The notes below the pieces were generated by a model that was not told the origin of the DNA, did no database searches, and saw nothing but the letters and a program-made list of their open reading frames with translations. From NCBI GenBank assembly GCA_020859995.1, contig JAJBVE010000120.1:2121-66120 (forward strand): a DNA stretch of 64,000 bases, given 5' to 3'. This document shows positions 1 through 8,400 of this stretch, piece by piece. Every line of letters starts with the position of its first letter. Position 1 is the stretch's first letter. The stretch comes from Clostridiales bacterium (GTDB taxonomy: Bacteria; Bacillota; Clostridia; Lachnospirales; Lachnospiraceae). A program made the translations under genes and the position numbers.

Positions 1-264
1 ATACATCTTCACATACAATCGCTCACATTCATGCGTGGTCACGCATAAAAGCACAGCCATTTACCTTTGTATGGATTTCATATCCCGATTTTTGCATCGG
101 GGATTCATTGCCTGTATCTTACCATGTGAAAAATGAAAGCACAAGCTGTGATTTTTTGCTGAGTGGAACAGAAACCGTGGTATGTGGTTAGAAAATAGGT
201 TAGAAAATAACAACGGTAGTACAGGCGAACAAAAGCAAAACGAAAACTATGGAAAAAATTTGGA

Positions 265-1230
265 TTGACTTTTTTAACGGATTCGCATATACTATGTTCA
301 ACAGAAGCTCCCGCACCTCTCGCAGAAGTGTCCCAGGGAGCACTTTTTTGCTTTTCAGGAGATAAAAATGGAATAAAAAAACCTACTACTTTTCATGAAC
401 AAGCTAATTTGCTTGTTGGAAAAAACATTATTGTGACCGATATGCAGGCATGTGAATTGTTTTTGTCACAAGTAAATTATTATCGTTTTTCTGCATACTT
501 CTTACCATTTTTAGATAAATCAACTGAGTTATGTTTTGATGGCATAACTTTTGAAAGAATAAAACAGATATATTATTTTGACCAAAGTTTACGTGCGCTT
601 ATTTTTGAAATGATTGAGGATATAGAGGTACATGTTCGAACTGAGATCGCATATTACCATGTTCATAAATATGGACCAGATGGCTATATGGCATCAACAA
701 ATTACAATAAGAGACATGACCACAACGATTTTCTTAAGCGTGTATCAAATTGCGTAAATGAAAATAGAAAAACTTTGGTGGTGCAGCACCATAATAAAAA
801 ATACGATGGACGTTTTCCACTTTGGGTTATGATAGAATTTTTTTCTATTGGAATGCTGTCTCATTTTTATAGAAGTTTCACTACTAAAGATCAGAAAATT
901 ATTGCAAAAGAATTATATGGTATAACACCGGAAATTCTTCAGAGCTGGATGCGTTGCATCACTGATCTTAGAAATAAGTGTGCTCATTATTCTAGAATAT
1001 ATTATTGGATATTTCCGGCTATTCCCAAAATGCCTAAAGAAATTACATATGTTCCTACGAGAAGGCTGTTTGCTCAACTGTATATGTTGAAGCTTATGTA
1101 TCCTGATAGCGAAAAATGGAATAATTATTATCTTAAATCTCTAATAAAGCTGACAAAAAAGTATAAGCTATACATATCGTTAAAACATCTGGATTTTCCG
1201 TATAGATGGAAATCTATGTTAAAAAAATGA
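265..1230 (+). CDS. Abi_2 family (AbiD/AbiF-like) abortive-infection protein
   Basis: 321-aa ORF. KKPTTFHEQANLLVGKNIIV..ACELFLSQVNYYRFSAYFLPF matches the typical N-terminus of Abi_2 proteins, and DLRNKCAHYSRIY matches the R-N-x-x-A-H motif. The region is AT-rich. Only a TTG start exists at 265, so the true start is uncertain. A hairpin terminator follows. Confidence 0.7.
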   Translation: MTFLTDSHILCSTEAPAPLAEVSQGALFCFSGDKNGIKKPTTFHEQANLLVGKNIIVTDMQACELFLSQVNYYRFSAYFLPFLDKSTELCFDGITFERIKQIYYFDQSLRALIFEMIEDIEVHVRTEIAYYHVHKYGPDGYMASTNYNKRHDHNDFLKRVSNCVNENRKTLVVQHHNKKYDGRFPLWVMIEFFSIGMLSHFYRSFTTKDQKIIAKELYGITPEILQSWMRCITDLRNKCAHYSRIYYWIFPAIPKMPKEITYVPTRRLFAQLYMLKLMYPDSEKWNNYYLKSLIKLTKKYKLYISLKHLDFPYRWKSMLKK

Positions 1231-1236
1231 AAGAAA

Positions 1237-1267
1237 ATATCCGGGTCAACGTGCCCGGATATTTTAT
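1237..1267 (+). terminator. Rho-independent terminator after the Abi gene
   Basis: Stem atatccggg / cccggatat with an 8-nt loop, followed by TTTAT, 7 nt after the stop codon. Confidence 0.55.
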
Positions 1268-1517
1268 GCAAATCTAAAACATTTGTCTCACTTTAATGTC
1301 GCCTGCCTCAAGTCTGTGTTTAGCTGTAGACACTTTGTAACCTAACAAAAATCACGAAAAACCCTTTAAAAAAGTTACGAAAATTGTTTCGCTTTAACGA
1401 AAACTGGTTTCGCAAGAACCGGTTTTTTCGCAAACAAATGTAAAATCCACATAAAATGCCGTGAAGACGAAAAAATAAACTGTTTTGCGAAAAAAAGAGA
1501 CCCTTACGGAGTAATCA

Positions 1518-1546
1518 TTGAAACAAAATTTGTCAAAGTGTATAAT
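1518..1546 (+). promoter_or_regulatory. Sigma-70-type promoter of the pilus operon
   Basis: TTGAAA (1518-1523), 17-nt spacer ending in TG, TATAAT (1541-1546). It lies about 60 nt upstream of the signal peptidase start. The imperfect palindrome cgaaaactggtt..aaccggttttttcg at 1398-1430 upstream is a possible operator. Confidence 0.5.
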
Positions 1547-1603
1547 GAAAGGCAAATACAGAAACCTGTTTTTGGCAAAAGTGACAGATAGGTGGAACAC
1601 TTT

Positions 1604-2365
1604 ATGAAGGGGAAGAAGGAGAAGGAACTTCGACATCTGAGACGTGCGGATTTGCTCCGAATGCTGATTGACCAAAGCAGGGAGAACGAACAGATGCGCA
1701 GCCGCGTGGCTGAGCTTGAGCAACAGATACAAACGGCCAGTACCGGAACGCCCGCAATGGAATCCGCGGATCAGCCTGCAAATGCCAGGCACGGAGATTC
1801 CACATCGCAGAGCGCCACGGCACTGGAAAAAGAACTTCATCGGATAACCTACAAAAAAAACTTTCACAGGACTCTGCGAAGTACAATAAGTACATTGATT
1901 ACGGTGGCCGCCATCTCGGTGCTGGTGGCGACCTTATTTTTACCGGTTTTACAGATTTACGGATCTTCCATGACACCGACCCTGACAGACGGAAACATCG
2001 TGATTTCCCTGAAAGTCTCCGACTTTGAACAGGGCGACATATTAGCATTTTATTACAACAACAAAGTTCTCGTAAAACGTGTCATAGCCACCGGAGGCCA
2101 ATGGGTGAGCGTCGACGAGGACGGAAACGTATATGTGGACGGCAAGCAACTCGACGAGCCCTACGTATCCGAGCTGGCATATGGAGAGTGCGACATCGAA
2201 TTTCCCTACCAGGTGCCGGAAGGCAAGCTGTTCGTGATGGGCGACCACCGCTCCGTATCCGTAGACAGCCGGAGTTCCACGGTAGGCTGCGTGGCCTCCG
2301 AACAGATCGTCGGAAAACTCGTATTCCGTATCTGGCCGCTTGGCTCATTTGGAAAAATCGAGTAG
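1604..2365 (+). CDS. Type I signal peptidase (S26) with long N-terminal cytoplasmic extension
   Basis: S26 boxes are present: GSSMTPTL (catalytic Ser), VLVKRVIATGG (catalytic Lys), MGDHRSVSVDSRSS. One TM segment (TLITVAAISVLVATLFLPVL) follows about 95 aa of charged coiled-coil-like sequence. RBS aggtgg sits 9 nt before the ATG at 1604. The ORF track begins at GTG 1592. Confidence 0.85.
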   Translation: MKGKKEKELRHLRRADLLRMLIDQSRENEQMRSRVAELEQQIQTASTGTPAMESADQPANARHGDSTSQSATALEKELHRITYKKNFHRTLRSTISTLITVAAISVLVATLFLPVLQIYGSSMTPTLTDGNIVISLKVSDFEQGDILAFYYNNKVLVKRVIATGGQWVSVDEDGNVYVDGKQLDEPYVSELAYGECDIEFPYQVPEGKLFVMGDHRSVSVDSRSSTVGCVASEQIVGKLVFRIWPLGSFGKIE

Positions 2366-2475
2366 CGGAAAAACGAAGCAGCAGAAGAATCAAAGCAGTG
2401 GGAACCAGAATGAGTCCGCGGCTGGTGAAGAGACGAAGCAGCGGAAACCAGAAAAAGAAAGGAGGTGCCCGGAAA

Positions 2476-5400
2476 ATGAATAAATCCTTACTGGAACGTG
2501 CCAGAGAATTCCTCCGGGCGCACCAAAGAAGACATACCTGGTACAGAATCGTGAGCATGCTGGCAGTCGTCGTAGTCTTCGTCACGACCTACATGCTGAT
2601 CTTGCCTGCCATCACCCTTGAGACAGATAATACGGAAGAAGTTGCTCTCATACTTGTGGAAGAAGACAACAGCGGAACTGTAACAGAGACAGACGCATCC
2701 GATGGGAGCGGATCAAGTACAGAAAGCAGCGCATCCTCAACAGGAAATGAGAATGGCATTGTCTTAACTATAGAAGAAATAGAAGAAGTAGAGACAGCAC
2801 CCGACCTGAACGGCACATCCTCCGGCGAAACGGCAACCGAAGAAATAACGGAAGCGATAACAGAAGAAGAAACGATAGAAGAAACTGAGGAGCAAACCGA
2901 GGAAGCGACAGAAAACGCGACCGAAACAGGGGTCGAAACGGACACTGAAATAGAGAGCGAAACTAAGACGGAAGCACAAACCGAAGTAAAAACTGAAACT
3001 GAGACAGAAGTACAAACCGAGATCGAAACAGAAACCGAAACTGAGCTGGATGTAGCTCAGCTACTTGCACAGATAACTGCTCAGAAGCTGGTAACAGTAG
3101 AAGCAGAATCCGCTGAGGAAGCAGACGGAGATTCCAATGCAGTCATCCATTGGCTGATTACAATCCATACTGCACAGCTCGACGTCAGCGGCTGGGTTCT
3201 GGGCAGCACAGTGTCCGTAAACGGCACCGAGACGAGCCTGGATGCCATCGGCCAGACGATCAGCGTGACAGAAATAGCAGCAAACGGCGCGGAGACGAGT
3301 ACGACAGCCTCCGTTATTCCCTATACCTTTAAAACCACCGGAACATCGGAAACCGCTGCATACCAAATCCGCTTCGACACAGAGCTTGCAGCATCCGAAA
3401 TAACGGCTGCTGCAGCAACCGTTGTGTGCTCTGTAGAATTCACACTTCCGGGACAGAAAGCTGGCGAAGAGCCTGCGATCGAAATCAAATCCAGCGCGGT
3501 CGGCGTAGCGGCAGCGGCGACCGAAACTGAGACCGAAACAGAAAGCGAAACAGAGTCTGAGTTTGAAACAGAAACTGAGGCTTATTCAGAGACGGAATCC
3601 GAAAGTGAAACAGAAATGGAAATCGAGACGGAGACTGAGACTGAGGTAGAGTCAGAATCTGAGACAGAGACGGCGTCTGAAACTGAGACGGAATCAGAAT
3701 CCGAGACTGAGACAGAAACCGAAATGACAAGTGAAGACGAATCAGAATTCGAAAGTGAAACTGAGATCGAATCTGAATCAGAGACTATAACGGAAAGCGA
3801 AACTGAATTTGAATCAGAGACAATGACGGAAAGCGAAACCGAATCTGAATCGGAAACCATGACGGAAAACGAAACCGATTCCGAATCAGAAACTATGGCA
3901 GAAAGCGAATCCGAAACGGAGACTGAAACAGAAACCGAGAGCGAATCAGATACCGAGGAGCTGGCAAATGAGACCCTGGTAATCGAGACAGAAACATATG
4001 TGGCCCCGTTACTTTTAGGTAGTGCTCTTGCCGAGAGCGAGACGGAAGAAACAGATACAGAGGATGAAACCGAGACTGGTACAGAAGAGGAAACTGAAGC
4101 AGAAACGGAGACCGAAACCGAAACCGCAGAAGATCCGAATGCTGGCATATCTCTTCAGGCTGCTGAGGAATCTGGAACTGCTGTTGATTTGACGGATTAC
4201 ATTACCAGCATTACTTTCAGCCAGTTGAACTCATCTGGAATATGGGAGCAGCTTGATGCTGGGGGGACGTATGAGTTTGCGGCCAATACTAGCTTGCAAT
4301 TTGTTTTGAATTACACCATTACCAGCGGAGAGGTGATAACAAGTGATAATAATGTTCTGACTTATGTTCTTCCGGTTGGATTGACATATGATCTCAGCAC
4401 ATCTGGCTACACGACATGGAACGGAAAAACTGTAGGTGAATACTCCATTACTCAGGACGAGAGCGGAAACTATGTTCTGAAACTGGTGTTTTATTCGGAT
4501 AGTGAGTTCTTTGAGACTGCCACAGCGTTTAGTGGAAAAGTGAAGTTTATAAGTTACGTTGGATCGGAAGCGTCAAGCACACAGACTACGCTTACGTTTA
4601 TTGATGATTTCTCTTTCACCTATACGGTTACGGAGACCCAGCAGACGGAACAGTCCGAGATCAATACGGACAGCAGCTTCAATGTGGAAAAATCAGGAAA
4701 AACAGCAACATCGACCAATGGTGATCTTCTGATGCACTATGATCTCGAAGTTACACCAGGAACCTATGGCGCGACCAATGTTACATTTACAGATAATTTA
4801 TCGGTCAGCGTTTCAGGTTTTGATTACGCAACGGACGCTTTTCAGAATATTGTTGTGAAGGACAACGACGGAACAGAGCTGACACGGATTGATGTAGATT
4901 CTTGTAAGGCCGGTTCTTCAACGACGGAGACAGAAACGGACAGCGACGGCAACACTACGACTATTGTGACCACTCCATATATTGATAGCGGAACCGGAAA
5001 AACATGTTATTCTGTAGTTACAACGACCGTGACAAATTCTGCAGGGGAAGAAATCAGCACGAATACTTTGACTGTACCTGCCGCAGGGTACTATTACGTT
5101 GTGAATAACGGGGATGGGACTTGTAAATTCATTCTGCCGGATTTCGTGTATGAGGAAGTTAGTGGAAGCGTATCACCAGGGTCTTATACCGTTTCTTATG
5201 ATGTGGATATAAGCGGGTTGGATTCCGATTTGTCAGTGACGAATTATAGCCTTAATAACACAGTATATGATGGAAATGGTTCCAGCAAAGATACGAACTG
5301 GGCGAGCTTTACGAATTCGTGGGTAAAGAAAAGCAGTTCCATGACGACAGACAGTAATGGAGATTATGTCATTAACTGGACTGTAACGGTAAACCCCGAT

Positions 5401-8400
5401 TATAAAGAGATTCAGGCCTCTGATACATTCAAAGACACGATTTCCACGACACTGGATTCATCGGCCTATAATTCGAAACTGGTGAGCATAACCGTGACGG
5501 ATGCAAATGGTACAGAGATTACGGTTACTGCGGCTGAACTTTCTGGCAGCTTGGATTGGAAAACCATTGCAAGCGGTGATAAGACCGTTGCGGATATCCT
5601 TTCTGCATTGGCTGACGCCAGTACCAGTTTTACTTATGACAATACCAAGTCAACGACAGAATACTCAATTGTATTTAATTATACGACTACAGTTTCTACG
5701 GAAGACCTGCCGAATGGATATTCAACAATAAACAATAAAGCTACCTTGAGTGGTGACGGAGAAGGTGGCGCAAGCTCTGCTTCTGGCTCGCAGACGATGA
5801 ACAACGAACTGGTGACGAAGAGCTGTATAGGAGCAGATTATGTAGAGGTTACCTATATTACAGAGACTGGCAGCACAGAGGAAGCTATAGACGAGGTCGC
5901 AAAGATTCAGTGGAGCAGCACGATAAAGATTCCATCGGCTGATAATATCAATGCAGCTAATTTGATTATCGATGCTTTCTCAGATGAAAATCTTTGGACG
6001 ACTGCTGAGTTGTTGGCCACTACTACCGAGCTGACGATTACAAGTAGCGATGGTAGTGAGAGTGTGGTACTTAATCTTGGCGAGGATAAAGATTATATTA
6101 TACTGAATAATGACACAAATATTCAGACGAACTATACAGGAACGGATTATTCGGAATTAAAGCTGACGGATGGATTTTCAATTCAGTTTACTGACGACGG
6201 AATTACAAAGCTGAAAGCGTACGCGGGCGGGAAAATCAGTCTGCTGTATTATACCTATGGTACGTTTTCGGATCTGACCGCAGATAATACAACAAGAACA
6301 TTTAAAAATACAATTTCCTATAATGGGAATAACGCTTCTGCAGAATTTAGTTATTCTGGAAGCTATTTCTCCAAAAAGTATGCAACAAATTCTGGCAGTG
6401 GACAGACAAATGAAGCAGAACTTAATATAGATGACGAAATTTGGTGGCGTGTGGAAACGAAACTTATGGAGGAAGCGATTGGAAGTGAAGTGACATTGAT
6501 TGATGAGCTTCCTGCAGGTATAGATCTGGTGTCGTTGGAGGTGACGGAATATTTTGGTGCTGGAACGACTGGTGTTTTGACAGACTTTAGCGAGGATGGC
6601 ACGGCAACACTCGTGTACCATGATCGTACGAAGTATACGGTAAAGGTCTCTGTTACCGAAAAGCAGGACGGAACCACTACGATTGCAGTAACTCTTCCTT
6701 CAGAACTGACCGCAGCTTTGGATCTCAGCGGAGATCACTGGTTTACGCTTGAAATAAAGGCAAAAGTGAGCGACGATGAGGATATTAACAATTATGCCAG
6801 TACAGTTACGAGGGCATATTACACGAATACTGCTCGTATGCTGGTCGGCGGAACAGAGAAGAATGTATCGCAGCAGACCGTGAAAGTTGTTAACGATAAA
6901 GCTAATATCGAAAAGGCCGGCGCACTGGTTGATGGTACAAGCAATCGGGTGGCATATACCCTTGAAGTAAATAAGGGACAGCAAACCTTAAACCAGGGTG
7001 GAAATGGTACTTTGACTCTCATAGATACTTTGACTTACAACCCGGACTATATAGTGGCTGGCAGCGTTGCAGCAGAAGATGCCATGAGTGTGGAACTTGT
7101 GTCAGGTGAGGTGCATGCATATTACTATTCGGCCGATGGAAAGTGGATTGAACTTCCGGATGGAAGCTATGACTTTTCCTATACCTATGGAACGGAAGAA
7201 CAGTCAGATGGAACTATACAGAATACCCTGACCATGACAATCCCGGATGGATTATATATCAAAGTCGTTTATGTTTATGAAATGATCAGTTCAGGAGAGG
7301 TTAATAATCTTTCTGCATGGAGTCTTTCAAACAAGGCTACGCTTTACGAGGCGGGTGAGGAAAGCAGCGAAAGTCAGAAAGATTATAGCTATGTTGACAG
7401 CGGTTCAACGGTAACCAAAATACCAACTTTTTACAAGGTAGATGAGAACAATTACAATACCTTGTTGGATGGCGCGAAATTTACCCTTTGGAAATATGAG
7501 AGCAGCGATTGGACTCAGGTAGGAACAACAGTTTATGGAAGTGTGAACGGTAAATTTGATCTGACTGGTGTGTATGATTCTCTTGAAACGGACACGCTGT
7601 ATCGATTGGAAGAAACTGCCGCCCCGACGGGATACAAGCTGCCAGATTCTCCGTATACCTATTTCTATCTGAAGGAGAGCGTGAGTGCATCTGAGCTGGA
7701 GAGGCCTTCTGATGTGGACGCAGCTGATATTACAAACATGTCCGCCCATGATACGGTGTATATCACGAATAGTGTGAATGGCAGCATCACCGTGACAAAG
7801 GAGTGGGAGACGGAGGCAAATTCTAGTTTTACGGCGACTTCAATCACTGTTGCGCTGTATAAGGGGACTTCTCCAGGCTATACCTATGAAGATATCACAG
7901 ATGATAATGATTTAACGAAGGGTCTCGTGAAAGTTGACAATAGCGTGACTATTACTTCGAACAAGGAATGGTCAAATACATGGTCTGATCTGCCAACAAC
8001 CGATAGTACATCTGGTTTAAAGCTGTATTATTATGTGTTTGAGGAAAAAGTGAATGGGGATGGCACGGTAAGCTATTCTAACGGCAGCTATACCGTGAAC
8101 GGGTTCTCTGTAGATTATGCGAATAACGGTATTCAGAGCGGTGAGATTACGATTACCAACAAGCCGAAGAGCATTTCTGCTACAAAGAAATGGGCAGACG
8201 GAACTACAAAATCGGATGTGACCTTTACTCTGTATCGTGGAACCACACAGGGATTGAGTTATTCCGATACGCTTGGCTCGGCGCCGGCACTGACAAAAGT
8301 GGAAGATCAAAATATAGAAAATCCAAAGATGATCACGGCTGACAGCAGTGATACCACTGTGACCTGGAGCGGCCTGGCGTCAGAAGATTCGTATGGAAAT

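Noticed and set aside
2101-2475. A 125-codon N-terminal extension of the giant ORF, overlapping the signal peptidase gene.
   Set aside because: It is Arg-rich nonsense (MGERRRGRKRICGRQATRR...) read out of frame over lepB, with no RBS. A strong RBS plus ATG at 2476 begins a proper signal anchor.
3582-4148. Antisense ORFs through the ET-repeat tracts (3582-4148, 2589-2945, 26279-27067, 3485-3730), giving SVSVSVS-type proteins.
   Set aside because: They are a mirror-image artefact: the reverse complement of (GAR-ACN)n is stop-free. There are no RBSs and they are pure low complexity.
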